Positions 39,801-49,700 of a stretch of DNA of 64,000 nucleotides are shown one piece after another. The DNA comes from Haliotis cracherodii (Eukaryota). How positions within the stretch are numbered: position 1 is the stretch's first letter; each line of letters opens with the position of its first letter. Location of the stretch: the NCBI RefSeq assembly GCF_022045235.1, contig NW_027266319.1:34968001-35032000 (forward strand), given 5' to 3'. The position numbers were made by a program, and so were the translations under genes. Under the pieces are notes generated by a model. It did not search any database, was not told the DNA's origin, and saw nothing but the letters and a program-made list of their open reading frames with translations.

Positions 39801-42123
39801 CAACGTCCCTTACTCCAACACGTATTTCAACGTCCCCTTACTCCAACACGTATTTCAACGTCTCCCTAGTCCAACACGTATTTCAACGTCTCCCTAGTCC
39901 AACACGTATTCCAACGTCCCTTACTCCAACACGTATTTCAACGTCCCCTTACTCCAACACGTATTTCAACGTTTCCCTAGTCCAACACGTATTTCATCGT
40001 CCCCTTACTCCAACACGTATCTCAACGTCTCCTTACTACCAACACGTATCTCAACGTCCCCTTACTCCAACACGTATTCCAACGTCCCCTTACTCCAACA
40101 TGTATCTCAACGTCCCCTTACTCCAACTCGTATTCCAACGTCTCCTTACTCCAACACGTATCTCAACGTCTCCTTACTCCAACACGTATCTCAACGTCCC
40201 CTTACTCCAACACGTATTCCAACGTCCCCTTACTCCAACACGTATCTCAACGTCTCCTTACTCCAACACGTATTCCTTACTGTACATCCTGTCTCAATGT
40301 CTGTGTGTAGACGGAGACCCGTCAGAAAGGCCTCCTGGCCACACAGCTGCCTCTGCCCTGGACTGTGGTGGACTTCTGGAGGATGGTCTTGGACCACAAT
40401 GTGCAGACCATCGTGTCTCTCGTCTCAGAGGAGTGTTCATCACAGGTAACTCAGCTGCGAGTCCTGTGGGCTCGAGGCCGTGTCGGTGCCCGCTGACTGT
40501 TTGACCATGAAAATTGTGGACCAGTTGTCAATACGTTCTCGTATTGATTCCAAACTTATGCTCGAGATTTCCGAATAAATGACATTTTCCAAAAAAAATA
40601 ATTTTAAGTAAAATATTTTTTGGATCTTAATAATATTTATTCTGTCTGGGTTATTCTGTGCTATCCCTTTTGGTATTTTATCTACAGGGGTTACGGGTGG
40701 CCCAGTCGTCTAAGGCGCCGCAGTGTACTGTTGCGTCCGTCATACTTATGACTGTAGGTTCGAATCCCGGTCCCCCCCGATTATGTTTCTAGGTTATTCA
40801 ACACCATACCCGTACGTGCTCGTGTGTTCCACGAAAGTGGTAAACGTCTGAGACCTGCATAACTTCGGGGTTTCCTCCCAAATTAAGCTGTCACGCAATT
40901 ATAGAATAGGAATCCTGTTCAAAAGGGCGTTAAATCCAACTCACTCACTCAACCTTATCCGCATAATATAACTTAGCCTTTCAAGTGGAGCCACACCTTG
41001 CCTTACTGAACACATAACATACATCTACTACCAGGTCGACGAAGCCCACGTTTGGCCTAAGACAGATGGGGTTTTGGAGTGTGGACCATTTCTTGTCAAG
41101 AAGACGGAATCAAAGGACAAGGCTATAGTTTTGCGAGTCTGGTTAAAGGTATGCAATATAAATTCCAGTACCTTATCGCTACTGAACACCCAGGAACATA
41201 AATAGACGCCATCACAAACATACAGCCACAACTAGATACACACATGGTTGATGCCATTCCTGGTGCCACAACATTATTTAATTCTATTTAATGTCGAATA
41301 GCAACAGTTTGCCAACTCGTGGTTTATACATTTCTGTGTCTCCCAGAACGCTGAAGAGAGCACCGAAAAGGATGTCACCTTGCTGTTTGTGAGTGACTGG
41401 ATAGAGGGAGTGGACACGCCTACAAATACGTCACAGTTCCTGTGCTTCATCAACGACCTTGACGCCCGGAACACCTCCGACAACATCGCCGTCATGTGCA
41501 TGTAGGTTAAGTCCGTCGCCGTCCATCTGATATTAAACAATGAATCGAAAGTATCCGGAGTAAAATTTTCAAATTAAAATGTTTGCAATGTGAATGCGTT
41601 TTGTTATTAAGGCGTTGTTTGTGTGTTAAATAACTGTAAGAGTACGGGGTATACGCAATACTGGAATTGTTACCTCGTATTCTAGGGATGGTGCCAGCAA
41701 GTGTGGATTGTTATGTGCTGTGCTGAACATCATCCAACAACTGAAGCAAGACCAGGTGATCGACGTGTATCTGACAGTCAGAATCCTGCAGACAGTCAGA
41801 CCAAACTTCCTGACATCCTATGTGAGTATCTGACAGTCAGATTGCTACAGACAGTCAGACCCAGTCCTGACATCCTATGTGAGTATCTGACAGTCAGATT
41901 GCTGCAGACAGTCAGACCAGCTTTCTGATCATCTCATGATCGACATGTTTTGTAACACGAGGTTTTTAGGGCACGTTCACCCCGTTTTCTCAAGGGTGAA
42001 ACACATCTGGCATATATAACATGTACGTCTCTCTGTCTACAGGCACAGTACCAGTTCTGCTACAGGATGGTTAAGGAACATCAGAAGACCATCAACTCTG
42101 TGTATGAGAACTTCCAGAGATAG
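6643..42123 (+). CDS. Gene 1: receptor-type protein tyrosine phosphatase with N-terminal F-type lectin domain, ~15 EGF-like repeats, TM, PTP D1 and D2 (34 coding exons; signal-peptide exon not located)
   Basis: Exons joined at AG/GT sites total 4418 nt (2 + 1472 codons incl. stop), frame closes without internal stop; motifs NIAL..AVDG..CTHT..WW..LCEVEIY, 8-Cys EGF exons, hydrophobic [30 protein letters not shown]. Confidence 0.9.
7385..7573 (+). CDS. Gene 1 F-type lectin exon b
   Basis: [16 protein letters not shown]...[10 protein letters not shown]; 189 nt, AG/GT. Confidence 0.9.
7764..8000 (+). CDS. Gene 1 EGF exon with internal 99-bp duplication (~2 repeats)
   Basis: [34 protein letters not shown] x2; 237 nt, phase 1-1, gtaagt donor. 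Confidence 0.9.
8176..8313 (+). CDS. Gene 1 EGF exon
   Basis: [20 protein letters not shown]...WSGTLCK; 138 nt, phase 1-1. Confidence 0.9.
8630..9378. mobile_element. Non-autonomous Helitron/Helentron-like (pearl/DINE-type) element
   Basis: T-rich start, (GTCC)n microsatellite, internal degenerate repeats, 3' hairpin GTCATCTTCTGATGAC then TCTTGTT; shorter copy at ~17283-17780. Confidence 0.55.
9728..9865 (+). CDS. Gene 1 EGF exon A
   Basis: [46 protein letters not shown]; 138 nt, gtgagt donor. Confidence 0.9.
10141..10345 (+). pseudogene. Tc1/mariner transposase fragment
   Basis: KDDNTRSH...[14 protein letters not shown] matches the DD34E C-terminal motifs; copy at 18579. Confidence 0.8.
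10767..11056 (-). mobile_element. SINE family C (Meta-domain-like core, head-less)
   Basis: TSD CCCAATCATTCTAG at 10753-10766 and 11057-11070; at least six other copies in window. Confidence 0.85.
11805..11936 (+). CDS. Gene 1 EGF exon B
   Basis: [43 protein letters not shown]; 132 nt, gtaagg donor. Confidence 0.9.
12329..12466 (+). CDS. Gene 1 EGF exon C
   Basis: [46 protein letters not shown]; 138 nt. Confidence 0.9.
12693..16191 (+). repeat. 89/90-bp minisatellite (~39 units) built from splice acceptor + first 60 nt of EGF exon D; 539-bp higher-order repeat in 3' half
   Basis: Unit GTAACCACTGTGTCATGTTCTACCCCACAG|CATGTCCCAGCGGGCGCTATGG...AAGGGAG; ORF starts at 14510/15049/15588 are 539 apart. 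Confidence 0.95.
16126..16263 (+). CDS. Gene 1 EGF exon D (last unit of the array plus unique 3' half)
   Basis: [45 protein letters not shown]; 138 nt, gtaaga donor. Confidence 0.85.
18166..18303 (+). CDS. Gene 1 EGF exon A' (duplicate of 9728-9865)
   Basis: [46 protein letters not shown]; 138 nt, open, AG/GT intact. Confidence 0.8.
18579..18753 (+). pseudogene. Tc1/mariner transposase fragment (duplicated copy)
   Basis: KDDNARPH...[15 protein letters not shown]. Confidence 0.8.
18763..19226 (+). repeat. Short (~5 unit) version of the 89/90-bp acceptor/exon array
   Basis: Same unit as 12693-16191; acceptor AGs at 18981, 19070, 19160 among others. Confidence 0.9.
19161..19298 (+). CDS. Gene 1 EGF exon D' (duplicate of 16126-16263)
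   Basis: [45 protein letters not shown]; 138 nt. Confidence 0.8.
20325..20462 (+). CDS. Gene 1 EGF exon E
   Basis: [46 protein letters not shown]; 138 nt, gtgagt. Confidence 0.9.
20430..21182 (+). repeat. 77-bp minisatellite (~10 units) made of exon E 3' end + donor site
   Basis: AGGCAGGCAGAACAGGGAGGGGCTGTCAGCAAT|GTGAGT... donor G at 20463, 20540, etc. Confidence 0.95.
21707..21844 (+). CDS. Gene 1 EGF exon F
   Basis: [45 protein letters not shown]; 138 nt. Confidence 0.9.
22767..22904 (+). CDS. Gene 1 EGF exon G
   Basis: [46 protein letters not shown]; 138 nt. Confidence 0.9.
23317..23451 (+). CDS. Gene 1 EGF exon H
   Basis: [45 protein letters not shown]; 135 nt, gtgagt. Confidence 0.9.
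23424..24298 (+). repeat. ~50-bp minisatellite (~17 units) made of exon H 3' end + donor site
   Basis: GGGTGGACGGGGCAGAGATGTGACGTAG|GTGAGTGACCTGTAGTCAGGGA repeated. Confidence 0.95.
25694..25834 (+). CDS. Gene 1 EGF exon I
   Basis: [47 protein letters not shown]; 141 nt. Confidence 0.9.
26096..26236 (+). CDS. Gene 1 EGF exon J
   Basis: [47 protein letters not shown]; 141 nt. Confidence 0.9.
26302..27522. repeat. 75-bp intronic minisatellite, ~16 units
   Basis: GACCTATGGTAGCTTGGTCTGTCTGGCAAATGTAAC... period 75. Confidence 0.95.
27748..28318. repeat. 83-bp intronic minisatellite, ~6 units
   Basis: GGAGAATATGGAGACGACG at 27810, 27893, etc. Confidence 0.9.
28377..28476 (+). CDS. Gene 1 transmembrane exon
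   Basis: [34 protein letters not shown]; phase 1-2, followed by basic RRQQRK. Confidence 0.9.
28515..28800. repeat. ~53-bp AT-rich degenerate tandem repeat
   Basis: AAACAGTTTACGGCATC...AATATTACAATT recurs ~5 times. Confidence 0.8.
29097..29161 (+). CDS. Gene 1 juxtamembrane exon 1
   Basis: [21 protein letters not shown]; phase 2-1, gtgagt. Confidence 0.85.
29327..29480 (+). mobile_element. tRNA-derived SINE, family B
   Basis: tRNA-like head, (ACTC)n tail, TSD CATTACGGGG at 29317-29326 and 29481-29490. Confidence 0.85.
29639..29868 (+). mobile_element. SINE family A (internal deletion)
   Basis: Same head and tail as 5901-6181. Confidence 0.85.
29927..30057 (+). CDS. Gene 1 juxtamembrane exon 2
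   Basis: [44 protein letters not shown]; phase 1-0. Confidence 0.85.
30360..37506 (+). CDS. Gene 1 PTP D1 domain: exons 30360-30447, 31101-31177, 31444-31480, 32103-32200, 34691-34819, 36103-36248, 36768-36903, 37360-37506
   Basis: [74 protein letters not shown]. Confidence 0.95.
30786..31030 (-). mobile_element. SINE family C
   Basis: Homologous to 10767-11056; TSD CACGAGTAGG at 30776-30785 and 31031-31040. Confidence 0.85.
31588..31756 (+). mobile_element. tRNA-derived SINE, family B, full length
   Basis: TAGCCTAGTGG A box, GGTTCGATTCC B box, (ACTC)n tail, perfect TSD CTGGTAATTTATA at 31575-31587 and 31757-31769. Confidence 0.9.
31833..31997 (-). mobile_element. SINE family C, partial
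   Basis: ATCATGAGCATCGATCC...CAAGTCAGCGAGCC core. Confidence 0.75.
32505..34690. repeat. ~30-bp GT-rich satellite running up to the acceptor of a PTP exon
   Basis: TGTGTGTTGCTGTGAATGTCAGTGTATGTT repeated ~70 times, homogeneous centre, degenerate ends. Confidence 0.95.
34843..35812. repeat. 97-bp minisatellite, ~10 units
   Basis: ORF starts at 34862, 34959, 35056, 35153... spaced 97. Confidence 0.95.
37901..42123 (+). CDS. Gene 1 PTP D2 (pseudophosphatase) and C-terminus: exons 37901-38000, 38710-38783, 40311-40445, 41035-41148, 41347-41501, 41686-41821, 42043-42123
   Basis: [53 protein letters not shown], ends SVYENFQR* (TAG 42121-42123). Confidence 0.9.
38806..38932. repeat. 19-bp tandem repeat, ~7 units
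   Basis: AGATTCAGTTGGTACAAGT repeated. Confidence 0.9.
39305..40280. repeat. ~29-30-bp C-rich satellite
   Basis: CCTTACTCCAACACGTATTTCAACGTCC repeated. Confidence 0.95.
40686..40950 (+). mobile_element. SINE family A
   Basis: GGGTGGCCCAGTCGTCTAAGGCGCC head, GGCGTTAAATCCAACTCACTCACTC tail. Confidence 0.85.
41767..41925 (+). repeat. 57-59-bp tandem duplication (~2.8 units) of D2 exon 3' end + donor
   Basis: GTATCTGACAGTCAGA at 41767, 41826, 41883; ACATCCTAT|GTGAGT twice. Confidence 0.9.
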
Positions 42124-42243
42124 GGAGGGGCATTTCATCTTCGGTGTCCACAACGGTGAAAGAGCCAAACATTTCAGCGATCCACTTCAGGCCGAGGAGG
42201 GAGAACAAGGGATTTTTCCAGTGCAATACCAAATTACTTAATA

Positions 42244-42418
42244 CAGTAAACTACGTTTATAACGAACACTCATATAACGAACTGACGGATATAACGAACT
42301 TACTTTTTAGTCCCGACCATTTGTTATATGTTTGTTGTATGTATGCTTATAACGAACTATGGTTATTACGAACTAAAATGAGTGGTCCCCCCGAGTTCGT
42401 TATAACCGTAGTCTACTG
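42244..42418. mobile_element. Tc1/pogo-type MITE in the probable 3' UTR of gene 1
   Basis: TA|CAGTAAACTACG...CGTAGTCTACTG|TA; inverted copy at 46251. Confidence 0.85.
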
Positions 42419-43113
42419 TAAATCATTACTGTTATACAACACAACATCGGTTATTTAGATGGAGCATATTTCTTGGACACACAGAACTGCCAAGTTTTGG
42501 AAGCATGAGACAAAACACAATGTGGTTCAAAATTGTATAAACCAATCCGTTGTTTCATCCTTTTGATACGTTGCTTCATGTACTGTGATTTATATATTCC
42601 TCATTTTATACTCATTTATTAGTTTTTTCTACACTCACATCCATGTGAATTATGTATAACCTGTGTCTCTATGTGCATGCCCATCGTAATTATATACAAA
42701 TGCCAAAATATATATTATCGCTACCCCTTGCCATTCGCTTGAAACTTAAAAAACTTATTGAAGCCACAATATGGTCCATGTCCATTTTCTAAATGGAAGT
42801 TTTTTGCATGACTGCATACATGTGAACATCGCCTTGGGTCAAATAGTATTTGCACTTAGTTCATGACTATATCATGCCTCCTCTGTTATCACTATTTCTA
42901 AACCACATGCCATACTATAGGTATGAATGGTATGTATATAAGGCAAGGCTAGCTATGTCAGTTGTATACCTCATCATCATCAGAATTTAGTTAGTAATCA
43001 ATGATATATCTATATGAATACTAAATAAGACAAGGCTATGTTTAGATTCATACATCATCAGAAGTATTTAGTAAGTTATCCATCATACATGTGTACATGG
43101 TATATAAGGCCAG

Positions 43114-43220
43114 GGCACACTTGCACAAAGCGATCTTAGCGCTAAGACTATTGTAAGCCTATGTTAAAGTATGGGAGTTACGATCATCTTAGCGCTAAGA
43201 TCGCTTTGTACAAGTGGGTC
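43114..43220. mobile_element. MITE, PIF/Harbinger-like (same family as 5259)
   Basis: CAG TSD, palindromic ACAAAGCGATCTTAGCGCTAAG arms. Confidence 0.75.
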
Positions 43221-44949
43221 CAGGTCCTGTTTAGTTTTCTACACCATCAGAAGTTTTTAGTAAGTAATCAGTGATGCATTTGTACATGGTATATAAGAGA
43301 AGGCTATATTTATACATCGTGTGAAGTATTGAGTAAGTTAACACAAAAGTGGCTCTACTGACAGGGATTCCAGGGATCGCTACCTACTGCTGGCTTTGAC
43401 ATAAAACGACATCGGAAGTATATGTGTTGCCTCAGATCCCCAAATCCCAGAGTTGATAACAGAGTTGTTAACAGTCTATCATAACTGTACATTTTGCTTT
43501 AACAATGAAAGTTTTCTAATAATGTTGATGCCTTTAGCCCCTGGATGCCGTAAGCCCTCCATTTGTACAATCATTGTTGAACAAGGCTGAAAATGCACTT
43601 CACGCACAAAACTACATTTCACACGTTTAGAGCCAGCTGAAAAGTGTCTTGTGATAACTTTCAGGTCTTTGAGGGCAAAGCAAATAGATTGTAAACGACC
43701 TCTAAACACTAGGTGCATGTATTGTGAAAATATTGCTATTTTGGACATGTTTCTGAAGCATCATTCTCGTCGTTGTTTCGTGTATTTTTAAAAGTCTACA
43801 TTTTAGATAAATACTCGGATCATTCATTTACTAAAATAGCTGGTGTCTGTGATTTCTTGATGATTATCACGAACCTTAAATTTCTTTCGTATGCCTAAGA
43901 ACATACCTGGAAGCAAACGCCGAAGCGAACTTGTTAGATACATTTTAAGAATTCATGTTTGGCATATGTAGATAATAAATTGTCTATGTCACTAATGCAA
44001 ATGATCAAGTATCAAGCTATATATATCAGATGCGAACGCTGTACTCTGAATCGCGTACTCGTTTGGAAACGTAATTCTACTACTTGAGATAGCCGTGGCA
44101 TCATCTGTCGATACTACAAACTGCGCAAAATATAATCTTACTCAATATTTAAGCACTGTGTACTTTTCAAATCAGCCTCAGAGCTGAAAATAATTTTACA
44201 CCATGAGACAGAAAACTAATAAGTAATCTACACCCCGTGGAATTACTTAAAGGTAGATGCAGTGCCGCGTGTGCGTAATTCTCGCGCACAACAAAATTAA
44301 ATCGGCATCCGAGGTTATGAACAGATGCTTTGTGATATTATTTCTTCTTCTTCTTGACGCAAATAAAAATTTCTCTCAAATATTAAATTGTTTGTCATTA
44401 ACAGTGAAAACACCCGAATTTAAAGTAAGTGTATGAACTTTGTGCTCTTGACAACATGTAGGACAGGTGATACTTTCATGGATTGCCATATGATGTTAAA
44501 TAGGACGTAGTGCGTTATTAACTACAGGTATTTATGAGGCCACATGCAATAGATGAAGAAAAGGTGCCTGTCTCTCAACACGCTCATGCGCTAAGGGAAA
44601 ATGTTCGGGCATCGAGGTTAACATATACTGCTCAAATATGATTAAGGATCCCCCGATTATTTCATATAATTATTCTTAATCTGTCATGTCTCTATGGGGT
44701 CACATTACTACTAAAAATAGTTATGGACCTACCCACTTCTTTCATATTATCATAGTTAATATGTTATCTCCTTGTGGGTTTACTATACTACTCAAAAATA
44801 GTTAAGGACCACCCGATTCTTTCATATTACTATTGTGTATCTGTTATGTCAGGATGATTTACCCCATATATATAATTCACCGGGGAACCTTTGGGAAATA
44901 AATGAAGTTTACACACGCATCTTGTGTGTAAACCTATGTATATTACAGT

Positions 44950-45212
44950 TTTCGATCCCCGGCCGAGTCATTACAAAAGACGATGAAAGATGGTATTTGT
45001 TGTTACCCTGTCTGGCGCGCGACATTAAGGGGCTAAAACAAGGACTGGTCGGCTCGGAGTCAGTATACTGTGTCTGAGTGGGGTAACGTTAAACTGCGAC
45101 ATGGGATCTCACTGGGCTGGCACCATCAAATCGACATTAGTCCGGACTAGCGTAAGCAGCTGCACACTCACGTGCATGCACGTCGCTATATACATGTAAG
45201 TGCAATAATCTT
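44950..45212 (+). mobile_element. SINE family D, 5'-truncated
   Basis: Homologous to 54506-54770. Confidence 0.8.
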
Positions 45213-46250
45213 GAACGCTAATGGTGACGAGAAAAATTGACACTTCTGAGGACAAAAGTCTCTGTAGCACAATTGGTAGCGTAATGGGCTAGAAAGCAAG
45301 AGTTTGCAGGTCCAAATCCCACAGAGGTATGAACATCTTTGTGTTAATAAATGGGGTGTTGCTGTATACCTAATTATACACACATACAGGAAGCTGACAA
45401 TGAAAGTTTATCTGATTACTATTTAACTATGTTTGATACCTAGTAAAAAAATACTAATTGATAAATAAAGTCTATTAACATGTTAGTGACTGAGTGAACA
45501 GTAAAATACACTAAGCTAGTAAAAAAAATTAAACAGTTTCCGTCAGTGAGGAATCTTGACGTCAACAATACCATCAAAAGTAGTCTGATCCAGAAACACG
45601 GGCAAACATGGCGCATTGAGGACAGACAAAGGTTAGAAATGTCAAGGACGACAATAGCACGCAATTCGCTTCTAACATGGAACAGCACCATTCTCGAGTA
45701 CCACTGGAATGCAGGAACCCGCTTCTCAATCACTACTGGGAGACTTGGTTGCAGAGAAGCCGGTTTACAACTACGTTGCCTGCTATTGCCAAGACATTAG
45801 CAAAAGCGTTTAGCTTGGAACTTGACATCATAAAGACGGATCCATTGGTCTGATAAATTTTGCTACCTTCTTCACATGACTGGCGGAGGTCAGCTGCACA
45901 ATTGGTGATTTAACCAACAAACGCACATAGTCGATCGAAATTTAAAAAGAATAGTTTGAGGTGCTTGAATATACATGCACGTTGCCTCTAGCTGCTTTCC
46001 GTGTATGGCAATAGTAAATATGACTTTTAGACATGTTAGGATCCGTTCACAAAGTCAAATGACCCAGTGTGGATTTCCGGATAGAAACGGTGCCCAGCAA
46101 TGTATGTATGTTGTAAGAGGTGACATCAATTGTTCGGATGGTGAGGCTCGGTGATTGTGTGTCATCGTACCCCGACGGCGTGGATCGTTGCTCATAACAT
46201 CAATCACTGGTCTGTTGGGTCCAGGCGAAATATCATAGATCTCAACAATA

Positions 46251-46424
46251 CAGTAAACTACGGTTATAACGAACTCGACGGTGCCACTAATTTTAGTTCG
46301 TAATAACCGTAGTTCGTTATAACCATATGTATAACAATTATACAACAAATGGTGGGACTAAAAAAAAAGTTCGTTATATCGGTCAGTTCGTTATAAGCGT
46401 GTTCGTTATAAACGGAGTTTACTG
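46251..46424. mobile_element. Tc1/pogo-type MITE (opposite orientation to 42244)
   Basis: TA|CAGTAAACTACGG...CGGAGTTTACTG|TA. Confidence 0.85.
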
Positions 46425-46694
46425 TAATCACACTCTATCACATTTCGACTCAGTTTGTACAAATCTGTATTAACTTAGTAACATTCCATCTCTGATATGT
46501 CGACGTTTATCAATAACAAGAGTTACACCGTTTCCAGTACATTTCAATCCAGTTGAAATACAGTGAAATACCTCTTATAAATTTCGTATCACCCGTCCTG
46601 TTATCGCCATGACCTGAATACAAAACGCTGTTATCTCCATGTTATCATCCATGCGCTGCATACCTGGCGTACACCTATGGATGTCGGACACCAC

Positions 46695-46770
46695 ATGATG
46701 ACACAGACTACGATATTTATTATTCTGTGTTTCTCTACTCTCGTGGCGGTGGTGAAAGTCGGTAGCCAAG
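46695..46770 (+). CDS. Gene 2 signal-peptide exon
   Basis: MMTQTTIFIILCFSTLVAVVKVGSQ + G|gtaaga, phase 1 matches the FTP exon. Confidence 0.75.
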
Positions 46771-49700
46771 GTAAGACAAGTTGGAAAATAAATGGTTGAT
46801 TTGGGAACAATTTCTTCGACTTCTTTCACCCAAAGACCCTAATAAACCGCTCAAAATATCATATATTACATGTATACAATGTCGGGCTCAAATGGCCTGA
46901 GGTCTGTGTGTCATCGCTATATCAAACCTACAGTGTCCTTTGTCTCGTCAGATTGCATGTTGTAGTGCGCTCAGATATTGTTATGATTATGAACGTGATG
47001 CCTAAACCCTCTTCGCTCAATCACAATAACAGGTATCACTGACTGCGGGTGCACTTCCGGGTGTTCCTACCCACCGACTCCCTGCGTCTCGGGGTGCATC
47101 ACGGGCCGGGATGGAAGCTTTTGTCAAAGACGTAAGTAAATGTACCTAACACGAGAGTCAACATGACTTGACACCTTCCGAAAGAACTCTGCGTAACATT
47201 GAAACCTCAAGTGATTACAGATTGTTCTCTGACTAATCAACCTACCGAATATAAAACGTCAATAAATGAGATTATCCAACGAAACCTATTCCAATGGGCT
47301 TAAAGTCAGAATAGCCGTGAAAAATATATGTACGGATAAATGAAAATCAGTTATGACACCGGGTGTTCTCGAAAAGGGTCAGCATGTTCTGCCCTACCGC
47401 TAGCACCCTCCGCTCACGCTATTTGCATGTGCTTGTTGTAATAATATTATAAGTTTGTTGAAACTGAAAACGATAAGTGATTTTATAATTCTGCTGCCTT
47501 AAGTGAGTGAATGAGTTGGGTTTAACGCCGCTGTTAACAGTATTCCAGTTATATCGCGGCGTGGGATATAATGTAGGAGGAAAGCCCGAAGTGGTCGACC
47601 AACAGAACACATCTAACACTGTTGTTCCAGGTAACCAACTGAACACACCTCACATTGTTTCTCCAGGTAACATTGCCCTTGGTCGACTTACCTAACACAT
47701 CTCACACTGTTGTTCTAGGTAACATTGCCCTTGGTCGACTTACCTAACACATCTTACACTGTTGTTCCAGGTAACCAACTGAACACACCTCACATTGTTT
47801 CTCCAGGCCCTCGGATGACCAATTAAACACACCTCACACTGTTGTTCCAGGTAACATTGCCCTCGGTCGACCTACTGAACAAACCGGTTCCTTCAACGAC
47901 ACCGCGTTCTGCCCCTCCCCCGACCCCAGCTTCGGCCGCATTGTGTGTGGGGTGAAGAACAGCAGCCTGGCGGTTGACGGCGATGCCGACCACACCTACT
48001 GGCACGGGACGTGTACCCACACCGTACCCCACAACACAACCGCAAGATGGAGCGTCAACTTTGGCGACAGTCACGTGATCAGTCACGTGGTCATTCACAC
48101 TGACGAAGATCGTTAGGTTTTTTTAAAGATATTTCATATCAGTCAGTTGACTTAAAATCTTATTTTGATTGAATTCATTGTATAAAGATAATTATAGAAA
48201 TCACTTGAAGGGTTGAATCCATTCACCATGTTCTGCCGAGGCATAGCAAGTTTTATTTTATTCTAATGAAACACAAGATCCGCAACGGCTAACGGTCACC
48301 GATGTGACTCTCATATGCAGTGTGGTATTTCAACCAGAGCCATCGACCTTCAAGACGTTCCAGCTGTATGTGAATGACCAGTGGTGTCAGAACTGGACAG
48401 CACGGTCAGACGGTGACCTTGTGGCAGATATTACGTGCGTCCGGGCGTTGATTGGCTCCAACCTAACCATCCTCAGCCCATCAGGTCCCGGGAATCAAAA
48501 CCTGTCTGTGTTGGACTTGTGTGAAGTACAAGTTTACGGTAAGTGACTCATTCNNNNNNNNNNNNNNNNNNNNNNNNNNNNNNNNNNNNNNNNNNNNNNN
48601 NNNNNNNNNNNNNNNNNNNNNNNNNNNNNNNNNNNNNNNNNNNNNNNNNNNNNNNNNNNNNNNNNNNNNNNNNNNNNNNNNNNNNNNTTTGGTGGGTGAC
48701 CTTGTTTTTAGTGAGTGGTAGAAAATTAGAGGGTAGCACGTATAGTTTATCCACTAATAGCTACACACATTTATTCAAAAGCAAAGGTTCTTATGACTTG
48801 CTGTTTTGCTCATATAATTTGTATATAACGACACAATTGATAGCCAACCAATGATGAGCTTGTCAAAGAATGGGTATCTTAGATGCGTAGCTGACCTGTC
48901 AATATTGCAAGGATCGGAAACACTTCATTGCGAATGCTTAACAACGAAAACACTCCTGACAATTACAGATGGTGTGTCCCCCTTTGAAAACAAATTATCT
49001 GAGAATTCAAAGGATTTTGATATTTGGCCCCCTCCCTTTTAAAAATACTGGATCCGAACCTGAAGGAAATAACCTGAACAAATAACGTAGGCAAACCCTC
49101 GGTACCATGGTGGAACGAGGAAATAGAACAAACTAGACGCAAACGTAAAACAGCCTTCAATAGAGCCAAACGCGACCATAACCATATAACGGTAGCTCAC
49201 GAACTAAACCACAAGGTCCAAAAACTAGTCAAAATAGCTAAAACCAAAGATTGGAAATTATTTTGTGAAGGAGTAAATAATCGCACAGATGCCAGAACAG
49301 TCTGGCGAAAAATCCACGCCATTAGAGGCTTAAAACGTCACAAAAAAACACCCAACATAAACAATTCAACCAACCCTACCGAAAAGGCAAATAACCTAGC
49401 AAACCACTTCTCGGCCATAAGCAGCAACAATAACTTCAGCGAAAAATTCCAACAAAAACTTAAAGCAGAAGCCAAACCTACTAAAGTACCAAATAATGAT
49501 AACCTCGAAATAAACCAACCTTACTCAATGGAAGAACTCCAGTACGTACTCCAAAATAGGAAAAAGGGAACTGCCCCAGGACTAGACCTAACATCCTACC
49601 AAATAATCAAAAAACTCCCCCCCAACCTACTCCAGGCACTACTTAAACTATATAACCTAATCTATCAAAACGGACAGGTACCAACTCCCTGGAAACAGGC

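Noticed and set aside
39239-40310. 421-aa Pro/Thr/Ser ORF
   Set aside because: Satellite-derived; overlaps the true D2 exon at 40311 in the wrong frame
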